Under the pieces are notes generated by a model, which saw only the letters and a program-made list of their open reading frames with translations, searched no databases and had not been told where the DNA came from. Below are positions 33,678 through 41,736 of a stretch of 46,188 bases of DNA, piece after piece. The stretch is from positions 1 through 46,188 of the forward strand of contig JAKLIJ010000002.1 in NCBI GenBank assembly GCA_022709665.1, given 5' to 3'. Made by a program: the position numbers and the translations under genes. The DNA is from Bacteroidota bacterium. Its GTDB lineage: Bacteria > Bacteroidota > Bacteroidia > Bacteroidales > VadinHA17. Positions within the stretch are counted from its first letter, which is position 1; each line of letters begins with the position of its first letter.

Positions 33678-36373
33678 CAGAAGGAAAAGTTATAAGTTAA
33701 GGTCGGCAACGGTCTGCCGATTATGTAAAGCATATACGTGTCATAAATCCGGAATTGGTTGTCAACCATATGTTCCTCTTTCTTGTAAAACACCGAATAG
33801 GGATTCTGGCGGCCATAAAGGTTAATTATGGAAAAAGTCCAGCTTCCCTTGTACGACTTCTTGATTTTAAGTGATTTGTCGTAAGTTATGGAAACGTCAA
33901 GTCTGTGATAGTCAGGTAACCTGTATTTGTTCCGGTCGGAAAAGTAAATCAGCTGATATCCCCTGTAGTCATATTTCAGTTCGGGCAGGGTAACTGGTCT
34001 TCCTGTACTGTAATTAAAGGTTCCGGCAAACCGCCAACGCCTCGTAATGTGATAATTGAGGTTAATGACCAGATTATTCGGCCTGTCAAAGCTGGAAGCA
34101 AAGACACTGTTCCTGTTGATTTGTTCTTCCTCAAAGCGCCCGGTAGTTCTCTGAAGTGATCTTGAGAAAGTATAGCTGATCCAGCCGGTGACTGCTCCCG
34201 TGTTTTTCCTCATAAACACTTCTGCACCAAAATTGCTGCCCTTGACATTCACCAGGGAACTCTCAATATATGGATTCAAAAGAATTACTGCACCGTTCTT
34301 ATAGTCGATGGAATTAGTGATCCGCTTGTAATATACCTCGAAGGAAGTCTCTATTGAATTATCCCAGAAATTCCTGAAATAACCAAGGGCAATGTGATCA
34401 CATTTCAAAGGCTTATGATATTCTGAGCTTAGTTTCCAAATATCGCCCGGGGTCATAACTGAAGTGTTCGACACCAGGTTGATGTACTGGTGGATCCTGT
34501 TATAGCTTAGTTTAAGTGATGATTTGTCTGAGAGACTGTATTTGATCGACAACCTCGGTTCAAAACCGGCATAGGTCTTAATGATCTCACCGGAGGAATG
34601 AAAAACCGAATCAACAACGGAAGCTGGAGTCAGCGGAAGATCAGGGTCATAGATATAAGATTTTAGAGGCCCCAGGAAATTGTATACCGGAATTCTCAGC
34701 CCGGCATCTGCTGAAATCCTTTCTGATACCGGAAAATTATCGCTTATGTAAAAAGCGCTTTCAAGTGCCTGTTCTTCCTGTAATGAAAAGGAATTTATTT
34801 TTGAAGCAAGGCCTGCAGGATTTATTTCGCCGGGCATAATTCTGTAAAGGGCACTGTTCAGACCGAACTCTATTTTGTGGCCACTGGAAGGGAACCATGA
34901 AAAATTGAGTTTGGCATTTTTATACTGAAGCTTGGTACTAATTCTGTATGCTTCACCCGGACGAAGTGTGTCGGATTCTTCAATATGATATTTATAATTG
35001 CTGATCCCCACTGAAAGGTCAAAAAACAGGTCAGAAGAAAATGTGTGATTCCACCTTGCCGATGCCAGTAGGTTATCGTACTGATATTTAGTGAATTTCG
35101 AGAACCCAAATCTGTCAAAGCTGTAATATGCAAACAGACTTATTTTGTTTAATTGGTTTATATTATAGGTTAGCTGAGAATTAATGTCATAGAAGTTTGC
35201 GGAGCTGTTCATCAGGTCGACGTCGGGTACCTTATGAAGCAACCAGTTTGAGTATGAGGACCTGGCACTCATAAGGAAGGATCCTTTATCCCCTGTCACC
35301 GGGGTCTCGACGTAAATCCGGCTGTCAATGAGACCGATTCCTCCTTTTACACTGGTTTCGGTCTTGTTTTCCGGTCCAAAGGTCATCTCAAGCACAGATG
35401 ACGCCCTCTCTCCGAATTTGGAAGGTATCCCGGCTTTATACAATGTTACCCCTGAAATGCCATCTGAATTGACTACAGAGGTAAGGCCGAAGAGGTGTGA
35501 CGGATTAAACAAAGGAACATTTTCGAGAAGTATCAGGTTCTGGTCGGCGCTTCCGCCGCGGACATTGAACCCTGTTCCAAATTCCCCGATGGTCTGGACA
35601 CCAGGGAGAAGAGTTATGCTTTTCAGGACATCATTTACACCCATTGACAGGGGAAGCTCTTTTACCGACAATGCATCAAGCTTAACATAGCTCATCTGAG
35701 TGCCGGAGATGTTAATATCGGGCCTTTCTGCCGTAATAACAACTTCATTGAGCTTAATTGATTCAGGGTAGATTGATAAACCTATATATCCATTGCTGAA
35801 GAGTTGCACTTTCCGGACAAGTTCGTCATAACCCATAAAGGAAATCATTAACGAATGAGTTCCGGCAGGAAGGGTTATACGGAATTCTCCGTTTTTATCA
35901 GTATTTGCACCGGTTTTCAGCCTGTCACAAATGACCGATGCACCAGGTAAAGGATTGCCATTTGAGCCGTCGGTGATCTTTCCGGAAAGTGTTACTCTGG
36001 AATACTTACCTGATTCCAGTGGATTTCCAATTCTTATCAGGTCCGGATCTTCCTGTTCGTCAGTGTCGGAAACCTCTGGTGTTATGGGTGTGAAAAAGAA
36101 GGAAACAGAATCGATTGTAATTATTGAGTAATCTGTTTCTGATTCGAGCCGTTTAAGTACCTGAGACAGTTTCAGTTGAAGCAGGGAAGAATTAAAAACC
36201 CGCATCCTGAACCATTCAGGTTTGTAATACAGACTAATGTTGTTTTTTGACTGTATCTGGTTTGCAAGGTCTTCAAAGGAAATGAATTGTACTCTATTGG
36301 CTTCCTGAGATCGAATTGTATTTGAAATTAATAAAAATATCAAACAATAGAGAAAAATGAAAAACCTCATCAT
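33677..36373 (-). CDS. TonB-dependent outer-membrane receptor, CarboxypepD_reg-plus-plug type, with an N-terminal STN-like extension
   Basis: The signal peptide is MMRFFIFLYCLIFLLISNTIRSQ. The CarboxypepD_reg segment is LSGKITDGSNGNPLPGASVI...TDKNGEFRITLPAG. The plug segment is LLPGVQTIGEFGTGFNVRGGSADQNLILLENVPLFNPSHLFGL...LYKAGIPSKFGERASSVLEM. The C-terminus ends in an aromatic residue (TYNFSF). The track start at 36433 is a TTG; the ATG at 36373 or 36370 is preferred. Confidence 0.85.
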   Translation of the reverse strand: MMRFFIFLYCLIFLLISNTIRSQEANRVQFISFEDLANQIQSKNNISLYYKPEWFRMRVFNSSLLQLKLSQVLKRLESETDYSIITIDSVSFFFTPITPEVSDTDEQEDPDLIRIGNPLESGKYSRVTLSGKITDGSNGNPLPGASVICDRLKTGANTDKNGEFRITLPAGTHSLMISFMGYDELVRKVQLFSNGYIGLSIYPESIKLNEVVITAERPDINISGTQMSYVKLDALSVKELPLSMGVNDVLKSITLLPGVQTIGEFGTGFNVRGGSADQNLILLENVPLFNPSHLFGLTSVVNSDGISGVTLYKAGIPSKFGERASSVLEMTFGPENKTETSVKGGIGLIDSRIYVETPVTGDKGSFLMSARSSYSNWLLHKVPDVDLMNSSANFYDINSQLTYNINQLNKISLFAYYSFDRFGFSKFTKYQYDNLLASARWNHTFSSDLFFDLSVGISNYKYHIEESDTLRPGEAYRISTKLQYKNAKLNFSWFPSSGHKIEFGLNSALYRIMPGEINPAGLASKINSFSLQEEQALESAFYISDNFPVSERISADAGLRIPVYNFLGPLKSYIYDPDLPLTPASVVDSVFHSSGEIIKTYAGFEPRLSIKYSLSDKSSLKLSYNRIHQYINLVSNTSVMTPGDIWKLSSEYHKPLKCDHIALGYFRNFWDNSIETSFEVYYKRITNSIDYKNGAVILLNPYIESSLVNVKGSNFGAEVFMRKNTGAVTGWISYTFSRSLQRTTGRFEEEQINRNSVFASSFDRPNNLVINLNYHITRRWRFAGTFNYSTGRPVTLPELKYDYRGYQLIYFSDRNKYRLPDYHRLDVSITYDKSLKIKKSYKGSWTFSIINLYGRQNPYSVFYKKEEHMVDNQFRIYDTYMLYIIGRPLPTLTYNFSF

Positions 36374-36518
36374 CCTAATAATCAATAACTCAGACTCACA
36401 TCTTTTATGATAAAGAAACAAATAAGGCCGCAATTTTCATGCCGTTGTCAGTCTATTCGGAAATTAAAAATAAATAATTTATTCCTTGCGCCCCTTTGAC
36501 GTTCTCCCCCCGCTTACC

Positions 36519-36575
36519 TTCATTCCATCTCTTCGTCTCATCGTCTCTTCGTCCCCCGACAGATCCAGTCTCAGC
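36519..36575. repeat. Degenerate copy of the 8-nt array element (TTCATTCC ATCTCTTC GTCTCATC GTCTCTTC GTCCCCCG...GTCTCAGC), just downstream of the FtsX-type gene stop
   Basis: My ungapped hand alignment of 36543-36575 against 29293-29325 gives 26/33 identities. Both have the same 17-nt spacing between the last unit and GTCTCAGC. Confidence 0.7.
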
Positions 36576-36586
36576 ATTAAGACTTT

Positions 36587-39013
36587 CTATTCAATACGGA
36601 GTGCAGCGGCCGGATTGTAACTTGCAGCTTTAACAGTCTGGGACATTATTGACAACCATCCTATAATCAGGGTTATAAGTGTTGCAAAAATAAAAAACGC
36701 AGGACTTACGGAAATCCTGCTCGCAAATCCTTCCAGCCAGTAAACTGATCCGAACCAGGCTATGGGATAGGCAAATAACGACGAGATCAGAATGATATTG
36801 AACATTTCCTTTGAAAGAAGGGCCAGTATGACAGGTGTTGATGCTCCGTAACTCTTTCTTATCCCTATTTCCCTTATTCTTCTGTTGGTGATGTAGGTAA
36901 CAAGCCCTATCAATCCTATACAGGCAATGAAAATAGCCAGGAATGAAAAAATAAGAAATATTTTACCTGTTTTCATTTCTGATGTGTAAAGGTTATTCCA
37001 TTTATCAGCGAAGAATTCATGCTGAAATGGCATGTTGGGTGTAAAAGTTTTCCATAGTTTTTCAATCTCCGTTATGGTTCCTCCGGGATTATTTCCTGAT
37101 AAACGGATAACAGCAAACTGGTCGCCGCCTCCGCCCCTGTTGACAGTAAAACATACCGGCCCGATTTCCTTATGCATCGATTCAATGTTGAAGTCCTTCA
37201 TCACTCCGATGATCTGATACCTGATCCATTCCTGTGGCCCTCCGGGCTGCAGGATATATTGACCCACAGGATCCTTGAAACCGAGGAATCTGACTGCAGC
37301 TTCATTGATAAGGATTGCTGTTGAATCTGTCCCGAATTCCTTTGAAAAGAAGCGTCCTTCAGCAAGCTGAACTCCCAGGGCTTCAGGAAAATCAAAACTT
37401 ACTTGTGCCTGGTTAATAAGATAGGTGTTCTTTTCAGGATCATTATCTTTAAAAAAGGCATTATTGTTGAAGTCGGTTCCCGGAACCGCTCTGGAGAATC
37501 CGGTTCTTTCAACACCAGGAATATCAAGCACCTGTGTTCTGAAAGCTTCCATTTGTTGCCAGAAAGAATCCGCCCGCCGAATAATGAGAAGGTTTTCCTT
37601 GTCAAACCCCAGGTCCTTCTGCGTGAGCAGATTAAGCTGGCGCGACACAATAATTGATCCTATTATGATAATAATGGAAACAGTGAACTGAAACACCACC
37701 AGAACAGCTCTGAGTCTCTTTGACATTGAACCGGGATTCATCGTACCTTTCAATACGGTTGATGGATTGAATGAAGCAAGTACAAAAGCCGGATAAAAGC
37801 CGGAAGCTGTTCCAATAAAAAGTACCAGGACAATCATAATGGCAATTCCCCTGGCATTGTTGAGGCTTTCAAGCGAAAGCTGCTTCCCTGTCACCTGGTT
37901 GAATGCAGGAGTAAGAATATAAACAACAAGCAGCGCCAGCAAGGCTGCGACAGTGACTGTAATCAGAGATTCAGCAATGAACTGGATCACCAGGCCTGTT
38001 TTACTTGCTCCGGATACTTTTCTGACACCAACCTCTTTCGCTCTTGCCATCGATTTTGCTGTCGCCAGGTTGACATAGTTTATAATGGCGACAATCAGGA
38101 TAAGAAGCGCAATTACGGCAAATATTACAACGGTGGAAGGTGATCCGGGCGGTTCAAGATTATACTGGGTTGCCCCCTTGAGATGAATATCCTTCAGTGG
38201 CTCAAGAACATAGCTGAAATCATTGCCGGCCTTCCTGAAATCATCTATCGTTTGTCCCAAAAATTCTTTCAACTGTGGACCAACATAGTTTATAACCATT
38301 TCCTGAAATTTATCCTGCAGGGCTTTTATGTCGGCATCTTCCCTTATCACGAGATATGTGTGGAAGCTGTGACTGACCCAGATTTGATTATTGGATATTC
38401 CCGGATATGTGCTCATAGAAGCCAGGATATCAAATTTCAGGTGTGAATTGTCAGGGACATTCCTTACTATTCCGGTTACCGTGTAAAGTACTGTATCTGA
38501 TTCCACAGTTATTCTCTGTCCAACAGGATCCTGATCGCCGAAATATTTTTCTGCATACTCTTCAGTTAGTACCATTGACCGGGGCCGGGACAGTGCTGTC
38601 TGAGGATCTCCTTTTATCAAGGGAAAATCGAGTACATCAAAAAAGGTGGAATCAGCAAACAGGACGCCCTCCTCGTTGAACTTTTTATCCCCGAATCCGA
38701 TGAGCCAGTCACCCATACCCCTGACCCTGGTAGCTTTCAAAACTTCCGGGTAATCTTTAAGTATTGCCTGGGCCATTGGAGCCGCAGTAATAGCCTGATC
38801 AAGTTCGCCGCCAGCCATCCGTCCGATAATTTTGACCCTGTATATGTTACTGTAATTGGAATGGAACTTGTCGTAACTGAGTTCATTCAGAACATACAAT
38901 GAAATGAAAATAAAACTGATAAGTCCTATAGTGAGACCAATAACGTTAATAGCGAAATAGCCTGGGTATTTTCGCATATTACGGGCAGCATTCACAAAGA
39001 AGTTCCTGATCAT
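36587..39013 (-). CDS. FtsX/MacB-type ABC transporter permease (double FtsX domain plus MacB periplasmic core), paralog 1
   Basis: The N-terminus is MIRNFFVNAARNMRKYPGYFAINVIGLTIGL. KEVGVRKVSGASK and REIGIRKSYGAS are the FtsX loop motifs. The C-terminus is SYNPAAALRIE. Length 808 aa. Confidence 0.85.
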   Translation of the reverse strand: MIRNFFVNAARNMRKYPGYFAINVIGLTIGLISFIFISLYVLNELSYDKFHSNYSNIYRVKIIGRMAGGELDQAITAAPMAQAILKDYPEVLKATRVRGMGDWLIGFGDKKFNEEGVLFADSTFFDVLDFPLIKGDPQTALSRPRSMVLTEEYAEKYFGDQDPVGQRITVESDTVLYTVTGIVRNVPDNSHLKFDILASMSTYPGISNNQIWVSHSFHTYLVIREDADIKALQDKFQEMVINYVGPQLKEFLGQTIDDFRKAGNDFSYVLEPLKDIHLKGATQYNLEPPGSPSTVVIFAVIALLILIVAIINYVNLATAKSMARAKEVGVRKVSGASKTGLVIQFIAESLITVTVAALLALLVVYILTPAFNQVTGKQLSLESLNNARGIAIMIVLVLFIGTASGFYPAFVLASFNPSTVLKGTMNPGSMSKRLRAVLVVFQFTVSIIIIIGSIIVSRQLNLLTQKDLGFDKENLLIIRRADSFWQQMEAFRTQVLDIPGVERTGFSRAVPGTDFNNNAFFKDNDPEKNTYLINQAQVSFDFPEALGVQLAEGRFFSKEFGTDSTAILINEAAVRFLGFKDPVGQYILQPGGPQEWIRYQIIGVMKDFNIESMHKEIGPVCFTVNRGGGGDQFAVIRLSGNNPGGTITEIEKLWKTFTPNMPFQHEFFADKWNNLYTSEMKTGKIFLIFSFLAIFIACIGLIGLVTYITNRRIREIGIRKSYGASTPVILALLSKEMFNIILISSLFAYPIAWFGSVYWLEGFASRISVSPAFFIFATLITLIIGWLSIMSQTVKAASYNPAAALRIE

Positions 39014-39099
39014 TTTGATTCAGTTTTAAGAAAAGATGTTTCTCTTAAGAAGATTGAAAGAGAATAATTGTCTGGATTAATATTAAATCCATGGGTCCT

Positions 39100-41472
39100 C
39101 TATTCCGTCCTTATTGAACTTGCCGGATTGGTTATTGCCGCCTGGTAGGCCTTGAAACTGATTGTTATAAAGGTTATCGCTACTGTCACCAGGGCAGCAA
39201 GAATAAGCAGTGGTATGCCGATATTTGTCCTGTAAACATAATTCTCCAGCCAGTTGGTCATGACATAATATGCCACAGGCAACGCAATTACTATCGATAT
39301 TCCTACCAGGATAAGGAAATACTTTGAGATCAGCCCGACAATCACTCCCTCGCTGGCTCCGAAAACCTTCCTTATTCCTACTTCCTTTGTCCTCTGTTCA
39401 ACCATGTACGAGGCAAGTCCGTATAATCCAAGACAGGCAATAAGTATGGCAAGTATTGTAAAAATGGTGAATATAAGGCCTCTTTTTTCATCAGCCTCAA
39501 ACTGCCTGTTGAACCTTTCCTGTAAAAATGTATAGGAATAGGGCTGGTCAGGAAAAACCTCCTTCCATGTATTCTCAATGAAACTGAGCGTCTGTTCCAT
39601 ATTGTTACCGCTGAGTTTCACGTAAATAATGTTAGTGTACTCGCGATACACCAGCATCAGCGATTCAATTTCATTATACATGCCGGTCTGATGGTAATCA
39701 GCCATAACCCCTATGACTCTGGCCATGATGGCGCTTCCATCACCGAGTTCAACCCTCTTGCCTATCGGTTCACTCCATCCCATTCTTTTGGCAAGCGTCT
39801 CATTGACAACGACTCCCGTAAGAGTGTCGGATGGCATGTCCTGCTGAAAATCACGGCCTTTCGTAATTTTTATTTCGAGGGCATCAATAAAGTCGTGATC
39901 GACAACCGCAAAGTTAATTCCTCTCTGCGCCATTCCCTGGTCGGTTTCCATATTGAAGATTACTTTTGCTGAACCTTCACCTATTGCGGTATTGGTTGAT
40001 GTAACGTATTTTATGTCCTCATTCTTCAGAAGCAGCTGTTTCAGAACCGGATACTTGCGGATCATCTGCTGATTGTTGAGCTGAAGCGACAGAATATTCT
40101 CCTGGTTGAATCCCTGGTCTTTTTCCTTAAGGAAATTCAATTGCCTGAACACTACCATAGTGCAGACTATCATGGCGACAGAGATAACGAATTGAAAAAC
40201 AACAAGTATCTTACGGAAGAGAGCCCCCGCTGATCCCTGAGTCACCTCCCCTTTAAGAACCGTGCCCGGACTGAATCTTGAAAGTACAAAGGCAGGATAG
40301 CTGCCGCCGATGATGCCGGCAACTATTATTACCATTAATACGGATATCAGAACAACCGGACTGGTCAGAATACCGATGTCAAATGACTTGCCCGCAAGGG
40401 TGTTGAACCTGGGCAACAGGATAACAAGCAGTACAATGCTTATTATCAATGAAATAACTGTAAGCAGTACTGATTCGGACAGGAATTGCAATATCAAAAG
40501 CGACCGCCTTGATCCGACAACTTTCCGCAGACCGACTTCCCTGGCGCGCCGCGTGGACCTGGCAGTGGCCAGGTTCATATAGTTCGTCGCGGCAATAAGC
40601 AGCAGGAAAACAGCAACTATCGCAAATATGTAAACGTATGTTATGCTTCCAGTTGGTTCGGGTTCACCTGCATTGGTTGAATAAAGGTGGATTTTTATTA
40701 TTGGTTCAAGTATGTACTCAATGTTTATGTTCAAGGGCCCGAAAATTGACTTCATGTGGGTTTCGTACATACCATGGATTTTTGTCTCGAAAGCTTTTAC
40801 GTCAAGCCCTTCAGGCAATAAAAGATATGTAAAGACTCCGAAGTTACCCCAGTTACCAATCTCTTTCGGAAGGTTGTTCCTTGCAGCCAGCGCATCAAAA
40901 CGGAAATGTGAATTTGAGGGCACATCCTCTATCACACCCGTTACTTCAAATGTGTTTGTTCCTTCAGTGAGCACCTTTCCAATGGGATCTGTATCTCCGA
41001 AATACCTGGCGGCAGCAGTTTCTGTGAGTACTATCTTTTTCGGATCCCTCACAGCCGATTTCACTTCACCCTTAATGACCTTATAGGTAAATATATCGAA
41101 GACTGTTGAATCGGCATAGTAAAACCGTTCTTCATTATACTCTTTATCTTCATACTTGTACAAAGCCCTTTGCATCGGAATGAACCGGGCGAATGACTGC
41201 ACTTCGGGATAGTCCTGGGCAACCTGGGGTCCGAAAGGGATCTGGGCAACATTCCAGGTGAACTGATCATCAGTCTCGGTAAAGCTGGAGGATACCCTGA
41301 AAATCCTTTCGGCCTTTTCGTGATACCGGTCATAACTCAACTCATCCGATACATAAATAATGAGAAATAGTGCACTCGTGATTCCAAGAGTCAGTCCGAG
41401 CACATTCAATAGGCTGTATCCGGCATGCTTGCGGATATACCTTACCGAGGTTTTAAGCAGATTTCTGAACAT
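39100..41472 (-). CDS. FtsX/MacB-type ABC transporter permease, paralog 2
   Basis: MFRNLLKTSVRYIRKHAGYSLLNVLGLTLGI, REVGLRKVVGSRR and KEVGIRKVFGASE are present. The C-terminus is TNPASSIRTE. Length 790 aa. Confidence 0.85.
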   Translation of the reverse strand: MFRNLLKTSVRYIRKHAGYSLLNVLGLTLGITSALFLIIYVSDELSYDRYHEKAERIFRVSSSFTETDDQFTWNVAQIPFGPQVAQDYPEVQSFARFIPMQRALYKYEDKEYNEERFYYADSTVFDIFTYKVIKGEVKSAVRDPKKIVLTETAAARYFGDTDPIGKVLTEGTNTFEVTGVIEDVPSNSHFRFDALAARNNLPKEIGNWGNFGVFTYLLLPEGLDVKAFETKIHGMYETHMKSIFGPLNINIEYILEPIIKIHLYSTNAGEPEPTGSITYVYIFAIVAVFLLLIAATNYMNLATARSTRRAREVGLRKVVGSRRSLLILQFLSESVLLTVISLIISIVLLVILLPRFNTLAGKSFDIGILTSPVVLISVLMVIIVAGIIGGSYPAFVLSRFSPGTVLKGEVTQGSAGALFRKILVVFQFVISVAMIVCTMVVFRQLNFLKEKDQGFNQENILSLQLNNQQMIRKYPVLKQLLLKNEDIKYVTSTNTAIGEGSAKVIFNMETDQGMAQRGINFAVVDHDFIDALEIKITKGRDFQQDMPSDTLTGVVVNETLAKRMGWSEPIGKRVELGDGSAIMARVIGVMADYHQTGMYNEIESLMLVYREYTNIIYVKLSGNNMEQTLSFIENTWKEVFPDQPYSYTFLQERFNRQFEADEKRGLIFTIFTILAILIACLGLYGLASYMVEQRTKEVGIRKVFGASEGVIVGLISKYFLILVGISIVIALPVAYYVMTNWLENYVYRTNIGIPLLILAALVTVAITFITISFKAYQAAITNPASSIRTE

Positions 41473-41524
41473 GGTGTGTTTTGGGTTGAACTTCTACATC
41501 TAAAGGTAAACTATTTTTATCGTT

Positions 41525-41538
41525 TATGAGATCTCATA
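41525..41538. promoter_or_regulatory. Perfect 14-bp palindrome TATGAGATCTCATA in the 264-nt divergent region between permease paralogs 2 and 3
   Basis: Read directly; it is exactly reverse-complement symmetric. An operator role is inferred only from its position. Confidence 0.35.
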
Positions 41539-41658
41539 TCCTGATTTTAGATAAAAATGCTTAATGGACTCAAAACGTTACTTTTTTTTATCAAAAGACT
41601 TTATTTTTTCCCGGATGCAACAGTTTGGCTGCAAAATCGTCCTTAGATAAAAATTCAT

Positions 41659-41710
41659 ACCGCATGCCGCATGCCGCACGCCGCCTTACCAGCAACCCGC
41701 AACGAGCAAC
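41659..41710. repeat. 7-nt tandem units ACCGCAT GCCGCAT GCCGCAC GCCGCCT, then (tac), then CAGCAAC CCGCAAC GAGCAAC, upstream of permease paralog 3
   Basis: Read directly. It lies 27 nt upstream of the ATG at 41737. It creates the spurious N-terminal extension MPHAALPATRNEQ in the track ORF. Confidence 0.85.
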
Positions 41711-41736
41711 TTAATCTAAATAAAACCCATTCGTAT

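Noticed and set aside
29293-36575. Calling the segment between the two related repeat elements an integrated mobile element
   Set aside because: There is no integrase, transposase, tRNA target or clear att-type duplication. The repeats are low-complexity, and one flank is the essential gene trmD. It is kept only as a hypothesis in the findings.
36479-36577. 32-codon Arg/Gly-rich mini-ORF (MLRLDLSGDEETMRRRDG...) on the minus strand, right after the permease stop, whose start resembles the TrmD tail [11 protein letters not shown]
   Set aside because: The similarity is at the nucleotide level and comes from the shared repeat element. There is no promoter or other coding evidence, and the composition is dictated by the repeat.
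39014-39099. Weak AT-rich imperfect hairpin (AAGAGAAA-CATC-TTTTCTT on the minus strand) between permease paralogs 2 and 1
   Set aside because: The stem is short, AT-only and bulged, and there is no U-tract. This is not enough to call a terminator, and the two genes may be co-transcribed.
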